Source of the DNA: Candidatus Limnocylindria bacterium
GTDB taxonomy: Bacteria; Chloroflexota; Limnocylindria; P2-11E
Reading direction: 5' to 3'
DNA length: 45,552 nucleotides
Assembly (NCBI GenBank): GCA_036395035.1
Contig: DASWDY010000003.1
Coordinates: 1 to 45,552 of the forward strand
In this document: in pieces, positions 1 through 7,791 of the stretch
Layout of the letters: every line of letters starts with the position of its first letter
Numbering within the stretch: position 1 is the first letter of the stretch
Translations under genes and position numbers: made by a program
Notes under the pieces: generated by a model
The model's input: only the letters and a program-made list of their open reading frames with translations
What the model was told of the DNA's origin: nothing
Databases searched by the model: none

Positions 1-299
1 TCGTCGCGCGCGACGGAGCGCTCGCGGAGCGGCTCGCCGGCGACCGCGCCTGGACGCCGTCGCGCCGCAACGGCCTGCTGCGCCGGCTGCTGCCCGGGTC
101 CCGCCTGCCGACGGATCTGCGGCGGCGCTACCGCGATGCGATCGGCGCGGGCAAGGTCGTCGTCATCGTCGCCGCCGATGGCCAGCCGCCGGACACGGTC
201 GCGGCGCTCTTCGCGCAGGCGCAGGGCGAGCGCGTCGAGCAGTGGTGGCAGTCACCTGCGGACCTGTTCGCGCCGCCGGAGTTGGCCGGACCTTTTTGA
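1..299 (+). CDS. 3' end of a CDS entering from upstream of the window (hypothetical protein, last ~98 aa)
   Basis: Frame 3 is open from the window edge to TGA at 297-299, and most third codon positions are G/C (...GKVVVIVAADGQPPDTVAALFAQAQGERVEQWWQSP...). It is absent from the ORF track only because no start codon lies inside the window. Confidence 0.5.
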   Translation, partial: VARDGALAERLAGDRAWTPSRRNGLLRRLLPGSRLPTDLRRRYRDAIGAGKVVVIVAADGQPPDTVAALFAQAQGERVEQWWQSPADLFAPPELAGPF

Positions 300-414
300 C
301 GTTCGCGTAACGGGGGCGCCCTGCTCGCCAGCACTGCTGGCATACGGATCGCAGAGAACGAGGTCGCACCACCAACACGGCCCGCTCCGCGGGCGAAGGA
401 GTGTGACCGGCCAG

Positions 415-609
415 ATGGGTCAGACCAACGTCAACACGGGGCCCGGGTCGTCCGGCGACGGCTTCGGCGCCGGCATGATCATCGGGATCATCCTGCTCAT
501 CCTCATCGTCCTCGTGCTCGTCTTCTACGCGGGACCGCTGATCTTCGTGAACAACACGGCACCGCGGTCGATGCAGGAGCTGCTCGGAGCGGCCTCGGCC
601 CTGATCTAG
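415..609 (+). CDS. small single-pass membrane protein (64 aa)
   Basis: ATG at 415 lies 13 nt downstream of AAGGAG (396-401). The hydrophobic core is GMIIGIILLILIVLVLVFYAG. The longer 136..609 ORF adds only Arg/Ser-rich off-type sequence. Confidence 0.55.
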   Translation: MGQTNVNTGPGSSGDGFGAGMIIGIILLILIVLVLVFYAGPLIFVNNTAPRSMQELLGAASALI

Positions 610-615
610 CGAGCG

Positions 616-1347
616 TTAACGGTCGGCGACGCGCCGGACGAGATCGCGCAGCGCGCGGTCGAACTCGTCCGGCGCGTCCATGTTCGAGAGATGCCCGGCG
701 CGCGCGACCGTCGTCAGCGTCGCGCCGGGGATGCGGTCGGCCATCGTGCGTGAGAGCGCGACCGGCGTGATGGCGTCATCCTCACCGACGACGACGCTCG
801 TCGGGACGTCGATCGTCGGGAGCAGATCGGTCGAGTCCGCGCGGTGTGCCATCGCGATCGAGCCCTGCGCGATCGCCTCGGCGGGCTGCCGCCTGACCAT
901 CGCGCGCACCGCCTCCCAGCGCTCCGAGCCGTCGCGGACCCACTTCGGGGGCTGCAGCAGGAGCGCGTCCGTGCCGCGAGCGCGCACGAGCTCCGCGAGC
1001 TTCAGGCGGCGCTCACGCGCGGCGTCGTCGTCCGCCTCGGCGCGCGTGTCGGCGAGGAGCAGGCCCGCGATGCGCCGACGGTGCCGCCGCCACAGCGCGA
1101 GCGCGACGTATCCGCCCATGGAGAGGCCCACCACGACAGCGCGGTCGACGCCGCCCGCGTCCAGGCGCGCGACGAGCGCATCGGCGTAGTCGTCGAGCGT
1201 CGGCTGAGCCGCCGGCACCGGCGTCCCGCCGAAGCCGGGCAGCGACGGCGCGATGATGCGGTCGACGTCCTCCGCGAGCGACGCGGCTTGCACGTCCCAC
1301 ATCGATGCGTCGAACGGGAACGCGTGGATGAAGAGGAGCGGCGTCAG
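616..1347 (-). CDS. alpha/beta hydrolase fold protein
   Basis: It shows PLLFIHAFPFDASMW, the nucleophile elbow GLSMGG, and a C-terminal GHLSNMDAPDEF (catalytic His region). There is no canonical start between Met 1302 and 1719, so I propose a CTG start at 1347..1345 overlapping the htpX stop. The minimal canonical version would be 616..1302. Confidence 0.8.
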   Translation of the reverse strand: MTPLLFIHAFPFDASMWDVQAASLAEDVDRIIAPSLPGFGGTPVPAAQPTLDDYADALVARLDAGGVDRAVVVGLSMGGYVALALWRRHRRRIAGLLLADTRAEADDDAARERRLKLAELVRARGTDALLLQPPKWVRDGSERWEAVRAMVRRQPAEAIAQGSIAMAHRADSTDLLPTIDVPTSVVVGEDDAITPVALSRTMADRIPGATLTTVARAGHLSNMDAPDEFDRALRDLVRRVADR

Positions 1348-2204
1348 GACCCCAGGACGGCGCCCGCGCGCTGCTCGAGACGCGCGATGCGCGCCTCGAT
1401 GGGCGGATGCGTCGAGAAGAGCCCGGCGAGCCCGCCCGGCACCAGCGGCTGCACGATGAACAGCGGGCTCACGCTCGGGTTCACGGGCAGCGGTATCTGC
1501 TTCGAGTACGCCGCCATCTTCCGGAGCGCCGACGCGAGCGAGAGTGGGTCGCGCGAGAGCTCCGCGCCGCTGTCGTCGGCCCCGTACTCGCGAGAGCGGC
1601 TGATCGCGAGCTGGATGAGGAGCGCCGCGATCGGCAGGACGATGATCCCGACGAGCATCCCCAGAGCGTTGCCGCCGCGGTCGTCGTCGTCGCTGCGGCC
1701 GCCGAAGATCAGCCCCCACTGCGCGATCTGCGCGATGTAGCTGATGGCGCCCGCGATCGACGCCACGACGGCCATGACGAGCGTGTCCCGGTTCTGCACG
1801 TGCCCGAGCTCGTGGGCGAGCACCGCGCGCAGCTCGCGCTCGCTGACGAGGTCGAGGATCCCCGCGGTCACCGCGACGACGGCGTGCTGCGGGTCGCGCC
1901 CGGTCGCGAACGCGTTCGGCGCGGGCTGCTGGATGACGTACACGCGTGGCATCGGGAGGCTCGCCTGGCGCGCGAGGTCCGCGACGATGCGGTAGAGGTC
2001 GGGCGCCTCGGCCTCGGTGACGGGACGCGCGCCGGCCATGCGCAGCGCGATCTTGTCGCTGAACCAGTACGCGCCCACGTTCATGACGACGGCGAGGACG
2101 AGCGCCATGGCCATGCCGCCGTTCCCGCCGACGAGGCGGCCAGCGAAGACGAGCAGGACGGTGAGCAGCGCCAGGAGGAAGGCGGTCTTAAGTGTGTTGA
2201 ACAT
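1344..2204 (-). CDS. htpX: zinc metalloprotease HtpX (M48 family)
   Basis: It starts MFNTLKTAFLLALL, has the HELGH zinc motif and four TM segments, and ends with FSTHPPIEARIARL. I chose the ATG at 2204; the 22 codons upstream in the ORF track are not HtpX-like. Confidence 0.92.
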   Translation of the reverse strand: MFNTLKTAFLLALLTVLLVFAGRLVGGNGGMAMALVLAVVMNVGAYWFSDKIALRMAGARPVTEAEAPDLYRIVADLARQASLPMPRVYVIQQPAPNAFATGRDPQHAVVAVTAGILDLVSERELRAVLAHELGHVQNRDTLVMAVVASIAGAISYIAQIAQWGLIFGGRSDDDDRGGNALGMLVGIIVLPIAALLIQLAISRSREYGADDSGAELSRDPLSLASALRKMAAYSKQIPLPVNPSVSPLFIVQPLVPGGLAGLFSTHPPIEARIARLEQRAGAVLGS

Positions 2205-2604
2205 CTCGGCTCTCGCTCCAAGACAAGTGCCAGGAGCCTTTGGGGCCGTGGGGGGCGGCGGCCTCTCCATCTCCGGCGAGCTCTTCCAGCTCGCCGGTCC
2301 CCGACCCGGCGACCACCGACAACGACCACCGCGCCTCTTTGCCGTCGTATCCGCCGGTCGTTCGCGCCACGAAGGTGCCGGACCGGCCGCCGAGCCGACC
2401 CTCGATCCGCACGAAGCCCACGTACGTCGCCGTGCCGTCCGTGCGGTAGCACATCAGGGCTTCCCAGTCGCCTTGGCCCTCGAGGTCACCGGTGAATCGC
2501 TGGCGGATGTGCGCGCGCGTCAGCTTCGCGCCGCCCTCGAGCTCCTGATACGTCTTCTCGTCCCATGACTCGACCGAGAACTCGCCACGAGCTGTCGCCT
2601 GCAT
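2188..2604 (-). CDS. DUF3224 domain protein
   Basis: The pattern FSVESWDEKTYQELEGGAKLTRAHIRQRFTGDLEG...GRLGGRSGTFV...VVAGSGTGEL is typical of DUF3224. It overlaps the htpX start by 17 nt. Confidence 0.75.
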   Translation of the reverse strand: MQATARGEFSVESWDEKTYQELEGGAKLTRAHIRQRFTGDLEGQGDWEALMCYRTDGTATYVGFVRIEGRLGGRSGTFVARTTGGYDGKEARWSLSVVAGSGTGELEELAGDGEAAAPHGPKGSWHLSWSESRDVQHT

Positions 2605-2636
2605 TCCGCACCTTCTTCAGATCTGTGCCTATTGTC

Positions 2637-3218
2637 TCAGCGCCGCAGAGCGCTCCCCATCCACACCCAGAACGCCGGTCCGAGCACGACCGACGCGAGC
2701 CCACCGAACACGAGGATGAACGTCTCCGAGCCGAACAGCGTCGCGAGATAGAGCAGGACGAGGGCGGTCCCCGCGGCGATCCCGAGCACCCCGAGGCCCC
2801 TCGGGAGGCCGCCGCGGCCCTGACGCGCGAGCCAGCCGACGACGATCGTCCAGAGGCCCGCGAGGCCGAAGGTGGAGAAGCCGCGCGGATCGGTCGAGCT
2901 GAGCTGCTCCACGGCGACGTTCCCCATGTCGGCGGCGAGAGCGAACGCGCCATGCGTCGCCGAGAGGAGCGCCCACGCGACGCCGACGAGCTTCACCCAC
3001 GTCCCCTCCGCGCCGCCGATGCGGTCCCCGACCGTCGCGACGACGATCGGTACCAGGACGCCCGAGGCGAGGATGAAGAGGTCGCTGAGCAGGACGGCCG
3101 TCGTGTTCGCGCCCTGCGACGTCCGCACCGCGCCCAGGAAGACCGCCGCGTATGCGAGCGAGAGCGCGCCGACGGCGTAGGACGCGGGGGTCGCGATCGT
3201 CTGCGAGCGCAGGTACAC
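2637..3218 (-). CDS. DUF4386-like integral membrane protein
   Basis: The C-terminal two thirds are multi-TM (FGLAGLWTIVVGWLARQGRGGLPRGLGVLGIAAGTALVLLYL), resembling DUF4386. I chose the GTG at 3218, just downstream of the permease stop. The 450-aa ORF-track version overlaps the permease gene in another frame. Confidence 0.55.
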   Translation of the reverse strand: MYLRSQTIATPASYAVGALSLAYAAVFLGAVRTSQGANTTAVLLSDLFILASGVLVPIVVATVGDRIGGAEGTWVKLVGVAWALLSATHGAFALAADMGNVAVEQLSSTDPRGFSTFGLAGLWTIVVGWLARQGRGGLPRGLGVLGIAAGTALVLLYLATLFGSETFILVFGGLASVVLGPAFWVWMGSALRR

Positions 3219-3238
3219 GGCGCGCGCAGCGTACCGAA

Positions 3239-4087
3239 CTACACCTCGCGGCGGCGGAAGCTCCACAGCGCGATCGCGAGCACGCCCGCGATCCACAGGA
3301 CGGACCAGAGGATGAACGCCGCCGGCGGCGGCGTCGACGCGAAGAACGGGTTCGCCCCGACAGCCGATCCCGGGATGTTGCGCGCGGCGGTGAGGATCGC
3401 GGCCGGCTCGAGCGCGTGGACCGCGCCGCGCCAGAGGCCGTCGGTGGGCAGCAGGAGCTTCGTTGCCGTGCCGACGTGCGTCACGACCTCGTTGTCGAAC
3501 GCTTGACCGATCCCTCCGACGATCCCACCCATCCACGCCATCCCGAACAGCACGAGGGCGATGATCCCGCCGACCATCCCCGACAGCCGCGTGCTGAGCG
3601 CGAGCCCGAGCGTGAGCGATACGAGCGTCTCGCCATAGAGGAACGCGAAAGCCTCGAGCGGCCGCGGCGGCTGGTAATCGACGACGGCGCTCACCGCGAG
3701 AAGCTCGAGCGCGGTCGAGCCCGCGGCGTACAGGAACAGCAGGGTGGCGAGGCCCAGCCACTTCCCGACGACGTACGCGGTCCGCGAGAGCGGGCGCGCG
3801 AGCACCGCGAGGGCGATGCCCGTCTCGACCTCGCCCGAGATCGCCGGCGCCGCGACGAACACCGCCGACAGGGCGAGCACGAAGCTGAACATGAACGCGA
3901 CGAGGATCACGAGCTGCGACGCGATGAGCCGCACCTGGTCGATCGGCAGGGGCTGCCGGCCGAGCGATGGGATGCGCGAGAACCCCCACGCGGTGAGCGC
4001 GACCGCCAGGATCGTGAGGATGACGATCGCGAGGACGAGGCGTCGCCGCATCGCCTCGCGGAGCACCAGTCGCGCGATGACGAGCAC
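3239..4087 (-). CDS. ABC-2 type transporter permease
   Basis: This is a 282-aa protein with six TM segments (LVLAIVILTILAVALTAW, QLVILVAFMFSFVLALSAVFV and others). Its GTG start shares one nucleotide with the TAG of the upstream ATPase (TAGTG). Confidence 0.75.
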   Translation of the reverse strand: MLVIARLVLREAMRRRLVLAIVILTILAVALTAWGFSRIPSLGRQPLPIDQVRLIASQLVILVAFMFSFVLALSAVFVAAPAISGEVETGIALAVLARPLSRTAYVVGKWLGLATLLFLYAAGSTALELLAVSAVVDYQPPRPLEAFAFLYGETLVSLTLGLALSTRLSGMVGGIIALVLFGMAWMGGIVGGIGQAFDNEVVTHVGTATKLLLPTDGLWRGAVHALEPAAILTAARNIPGSAVGANPFFASTPPPAAFILWSVLWIAGVLAIALWSFRRREV

Positions 4088-5001
4088 TACTGCGGCGCTT
4101 TCAGGAGCGCCAGGAAGCGCTCTTCGAGGCTCTCGTGCTGCGGCTCGACGGCGTGGACGCGCGCGCCGGCGCGGACGAGCGCTTCGACGAGGGCGGGCAC
4201 CCGCTCGGCGGCCACGCCACGCGCGACGAAGCGGTCACCGTCGCCGTCGAGCGCGAAGCCGTCGCGCGCGAGCGCGGCGTGCGCGTCGTCGCCGAGGCCG
4301 GTCGCGCGGATGCGGACGGTGTCGGCGCGCAGCAGCTCGTGCAGCGTGCCGGAGGCGATCACGCGCCCGTGGTCGACGACCGCGACGCGGTCGCAGACCT
4401 GCTCGACCTCGCTGAGGAGGTGCGAGTTCAGGAAGACCCCCGCGCCGCGCTCGCGGATGCCGCGCACGATCTCGCGTACGTCGTGCCGCCCCACCGGATC
4501 GAGCGCGGACGTCGGCTCGTCGAGGACGACGAGGTCGGGCCGTCCGACGAGCGCGATACCGAGCCCGAGGCGCTGCTGCATCCCCTTTGAGAAGGTCTGC
4601 ACGCGGTCGTCGGCGCGGTCGGCGAGGCCCACCGTCGCGAGCGCGTCGGCGATCTCTCCGGGCCACGCGGACCGCTCGAGCTCCGCGAGCGCGCAGTGCG
4701 CGGCGAACACTTCGCGCGCCGTCAGCCAGCCTGGATAGCGGAACAGCTCGGGGAGGTACCCGACGCGCCGGCGCGCGGCGCGGTGCGCGCGCTCGTCCGA
4801 GATGGGGGCGCCGAGGACGACGGCCTCGCCCGCGGTCGGACGCGCGAGGCCGAGGAGGAGCTTGACCGCCGTCGTCTTGCCCGCGCCGTTCGGGCCGAGG
4901 AAGCCGAAGATCGATCCGCGCTCGACGCGCATGGACAGGCCGACGAGCGCGGTGATCCGCCCGTATCGCTTCGCGAGGTCGATGGTCTCGAGGGCGGGTA
5001 T
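4087..5001 (-). CDS. ABC transporter ATP-binding protein
   Basis: It has Walker A GPNGAGKTT, the signature FSKGMQQRLGL and Walker B LVVLDEPTSALD. The conserved N-terminus (IPALETIDLAKRYGRITALVGLS) lies upstream of the first canonical start (ATG 4932), so I propose an ATA start at 5001..4999. Confidence 0.85.
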   Translation of the reverse strand: MPALETIDLAKRYGRITALVGLSMRVERGSIFGFLGPNGAGKTTAVKLLLGLARPTAGEAVVLGAPISDERAHRAARRRVGYLPELFRYPGWLTAREVFAAHCALAELERSAWPGEIADALATVGLADRADDRVQTFSKGMQQRLGLGIALVGRPDLVVLDEPTSALDPVGRHDVREIVRGIRERGAGVFLNSHLLSEVEQVCDRVAVVDHGRVIASGTLHELLRADTVRIRATGLGDDAHAALARDGFALDGDGDRFVARGVAAERVPALVEALVRAGARVHAVEPQHESLEERFLALLKAPQ

Positions 5002-5002
5002 G

Positions 5003-5980
5003 TCAGCGAAGGCCGTTGACCACCGCGATGAGCTCGGACTCGGTGAGCGTACCGAGGACGCCGATGACGTGGCCGCGCTCGAGCCACACGACCCCGCTGC
5101 CGAGGCCGGTGTTGTCGCCGACGAGGTACCCCTGGGTACCGCGCACCGTGATCGCCTTCGCGTTCTGCATGTCGATCCCGATCGGCACGAGCAGCGTGGC
5201 GACGGGGTCGCCGATCGCGCGCACCTGCGCCGCGACCGACGGCGGGATGCCCGGCTGCGCCAGCGCGTAGTCCCGGAGCTCGTTCACCGTCGCGCCGTTC
5301 GAGGTGACGACCGGCGCCTTCACCTGGACGATCACGAGCGCGGGCGTCCCGCCGAAGGAGGCCTGGTCCGGCGGCACCTTCGGTGCGCTCCCGTACTGCG
5401 TCATGATCCCCGGCCCGCCGCTCATCGTCAGGGTCGTCGCGGCGACGGCGGCCGGCATCGGCGGCGGCGTCGCGTTCACGCGCGCCGCGGCGGCGCGCGC
5501 CTTCGCCTCATCGAACTGGAACGTCGCCTTCGCGTCGCCCATCGCCGCGTACTTCGCCTGCGAGGGGACGGTGGCAGGGATCGAGGCTGGCGCGAGCGGC
5601 GTGAAGCCCGCCGCGGCGGCGGCCGCGCTCGCGTCGGCGACGGGGTGCCACGCGGGCTGCGCGAGCCACGTCAGCGTCCCGTACGCGCTCGGGTCCGGGA
5701 TGGTGCCGAGCTGCCGCGGGTCGACCTGGATCGTCGCGACCTGCTTCGGCTCGAAGACCGTGAGCACCGTGTCCGCGACGCCGGTCACGGCAGCCGTGGT
5801 CGCGATGACGACGACGCCGAGCGCCGCGATGGCCGGACGCATCCACGTCGCCGGGACGAGGGAAAGCCGCGCGGCGAGCGCCGCGGTCCACGACGTCGTC
5901 GGCCGCACGCGCTCGCGCTCCACGCGCGTCCGGAACCGCGCGAGCGCGGCGGACGCGTCGAAGTCGGGGGCCGGGCTCAT
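5003..5980 (-). CDS. anti-sigma factor, single TM, DUF4367-like extracytoplasmic domain
   Basis: It lies directly downstream of the ECF sigma gene and has a TM helix AIAALGVVVIATTAAVTGV. The C-terminus GYLVGDNTGLGSGVVWLERGHVIGVLGTLTESELIAVVNGL resembles DUF4367. The ATG at 5980 lies 13 nt after the sigma stop. Confidence 0.65.
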   Translation of the reverse strand: MSPAPDFDASAALARFRTRVERERVRPTTSWTAALAARLSLVPATWMRPAIAALGVVVIATTAAVTGVADTVLTVFEPKQVATIQVDPRQLGTIPDPSAYGTLTWLAQPAWHPVADASAAAAAAGFTPLAPASIPATVPSQAKYAAMGDAKATFQFDEAKARAAAARVNATPPPMPAAVAATTLTMSGGPGIMTQYGSAPKVPPDQASFGGTPALVIVQVKAPVVTSNGATVNELRDYALAQPGIPPSVAAQVRAIGDPVATLLVPIGIDMQNAKAITVRGTQGYLVGDNTGLGSGVVWLERGHVIGVLGTLTESELIAVVNGLR

Positions 5981-5993
5981 GAGGAGCCTCTCG

Positions 5994-6554
5994 TCATCGT
6001 TCTGGTGAGCCACGGAGCACCTCTTTCTTGAACGCATCCTGTGCGCGCCGAAGGCGCGTCCCGATCTGATCGATCCCGATCCCGAGCGCCGCCGCGACCT
6101 CGCCGTACGTCAGCCCGCTGTGACGGAGCACGAGCAGCGTCGCGGTCCGCTCGGGCAGCCTCGCGAGCGCGGCCCTGACCTCGGCGCGCTCCTCGGCCGC
6201 GATGGCGTCGCGCTCGGGGTCCGCGATGCGCTCCATCTCGCGCGCGGCGATCTCGTCGCGGCGCTCGCGCCGCTTCAGGCCGCGGATCACGTTCAGCGCA
6301 GCGTGCGCCGCCGCCTTGTACAGCCATGCCGGTGCATACGACGCCTCGGCGTCGTGCTTCCGATAGAAGGCAACGAACACGTCCTGCGCCACGTCCTCCG
6401 CCTCGGCGCGGTCGCCGAGCACGCGGTAGGCGATCCCGGCGACGCGGCCGTATTCACGCACGAACAGGCGCTCGAACGCCGGCGCCAGCGCGCCTACGCC
6501 CGCGGCGGCCGGACGGGACACGACCGCGCTCGCCTCCATCTTCTTGTTCAGCAC
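5994..6554 (-). CDS. ECF (sigma-70 family) RNA polymerase sigma factor
   Basis: Region 2 reads AEDVAQDVFVAFYRK...WLYKAAAHAALNVIR and region 4 reads LLVLRHSGLTYGEVAAALGIGIDQIGTRLRRA. The start could be GTG 6554 or ATG 6539. Confidence 0.88.
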   Translation of the reverse strand: MLNKKMEASAVVSRPAAAGVGALAPAFERLFVREYGRVAGIAYRVLGDRAEAEDVAQDVFVAFYRKHDAEASYAPAWLYKAAAHAALNVIRGLKRRERRDEIAAREMERIADPERDAIAAEERAEVRAALARLPERTATLLVLRHSGLTYGEVAAALGIGIDQIGTRLRRAQDAFKKEVLRGSPER

Positions 6555-6598
6555 CGCGAGGGGCCGCAGTGTGACAGGCGACCGGGTCGCCTCGCGTC

Positions 6599-7522
6599 TC
6601 AGGCGTGAGCCGGTGCGACGGGGACGGTGCGTCGCGCGACGGACGCCAGGGCTCGGATGAACGCTGGCTGCGTGTTCGGCATCCCGATGCGGTGGTACCG
6701 CAGGCCGGCGGCGGTCGCCTCGGCGGCCGCGGCGACATCGAGGTCGTAGAGCACCTCGAGATGGTCGGCCAGGAACTGGATCGGCACGACGAGCACGTCA
6801 CGATGGCCCGCCGCGGCCAGGGCGGGGAACAGCTCCTTCAGGTCGGGACGCAGCCACTCCTCCGCCGTGTGCCCGGCGCTCTGGTACGCCCACTGCCACC
6901 GGTCGGGCTCGAGGCCGGCATGCTCCGCGACCAGGTCCGCGGTCTCCTTCAGCTGCGCGACGTAGCCTGGCTCGGCGTCGAAGACCCGCTGTGGAAGGCT
7001 GTGAGCCGTGAGGAGCAGCGGCACGCGGTCCGCCGCTGGCATGCGCGCGAGCGCCTCGTCGATCCGCGCTGCGATCGCGTCGATGAACGCGGGCTCCCGG
7101 TGCCACTCGTGCACGACGGTCACGGGCACGCCCCTCGCGCCCGTGGCCGCCCCGGCTTCCTCGAGCGCGCGCTCGTAGCCGCCCATGATCAGCGGGGACC
7201 ACTGCGGCGACATCACGATCCCGACGATCCGTTCCGCGCTCGCGACGGCCAATGTCCCGACCGCTTCGCCTATCGTCGGCGGCGAGTAGCGCATGCCCGC
7301 GACGACGAGCCAGCCGTCCCCCAGCTCCCGCTCGAGCGCCTCGGCCTGCGCGACGGTGCGCTCGACGATCGGCGACCAGCCGATGAGCTCGTACCGGCGT
7401 GTCATCTCCGCGATCAGGTCATCGGTCGGGGTCTTCCCGCCTCTGATCCTCGCGAGATATGGACCGACCTCGTCCCGCCCTCGCGGAGCGCCGTAGGTCA
7501 TGAGGATCACGCCCGTGCTCAC
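6599..7522 (-). CDS. hemH: ferrochelatase (probably coproporphyrin ferrochelatase, given hemQ in the operon)
   Basis: It shows GVILMTYGAP, LTAHSLP, and QFLADHLEVLYDLD. The GTG start is at 7522. Confidence 0.9.
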   Translation of the reverse strand: MSTGVILMTYGAPRGRDEVGPYLARIRGGKTPTDDLIAEMTRRYELIGWSPIVERTVAQAEALERELGDGWLVVAGMRYSPPTIGEAVGTLAVASAERIVGIVMSPQWSPLIMGGYERALEEAGAATGARGVPVTVVHEWHREPAFIDAIAARIDEALARMPAADRVPLLLTAHSLPQRVFDAEPGYVAQLKETADLVAEHAGLEPDRWQWAYQSAGHTAEEWLRPDLKELFPALAAAGHRDVLVVPIQFLADHLEVLYDLDVAAAAEATAAGLRYHRIGMPNTQPAFIRALASVARRTVPVAPAHA

Positions 7523-7791
7523 GGGTCCACCCGTGCCCGTCGGTCCGGTCCGACGCGGACCTCGGAATTCGAGGAGCGAAGCTCTAAAGCGATGTCGGGA
7601 TCCGCTCTGCCTACCTTCCCGAAGGGCATGTCAAAACCTGAACCAGATCGGTTCGATCTTGGACCGAAACGGTTCAAAGATCGGAGTGACCTCAAAGAGA
7701 ACACCGAGCGTCACGCGCCGCCCTGCTCCGTCCCGACCCCATCCCTCCTTCTTCGGGGCATGTCGGATGTTGGACCCAAAGGGAAGACACC
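7523..7791 (-). other. atypical low-GC spacer inside the heme operon (possible leader or ncRNA; function unknown)
   Basis: This is the only large gap in an otherwise overlapping operon. By hand count, 7621-7680 contains 29 G+C out of 60, against about 70% in the flanks. It contains a direct repeat GACATGCCC..GAAGG and short hairpins. Confidence 0.3.

Noticed and set aside
616-1719. Long N-terminal extensions suggested by the ORF track for the hydrolase (start 1719), the oxidoreductase (start 31315), hemB (12444), hemC (13653), hemL (10927) and DUF4260 (34994)
   Set aside because: Each extension overlaps a well-supported upstream gene in another frame and is Arg/Pro/Ala-rich. Family homology begins at or near the upstream gene's stop codon.
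7640-7690. GGTTCGATC and GGTTCAAAG motifs resembling tRNA T-loops
   Set aside because: I could not build a T-arm with a 5-bp stem and 7-nt loop, nor an acceptor stem, D-arm or anticodon arm around them. It is not a tRNA or an obvious tmRNA piece.
7519-7704. 61-codon ORF in the hemE-hemH spacer, coupled by GTGA to hemH
   Set aside because: Its third codon positions are A/T-rich, unlike every confident gene here, and the sequence is Arg/Ser-rich with no motif. I kept it only as a remark within the spacer finding.
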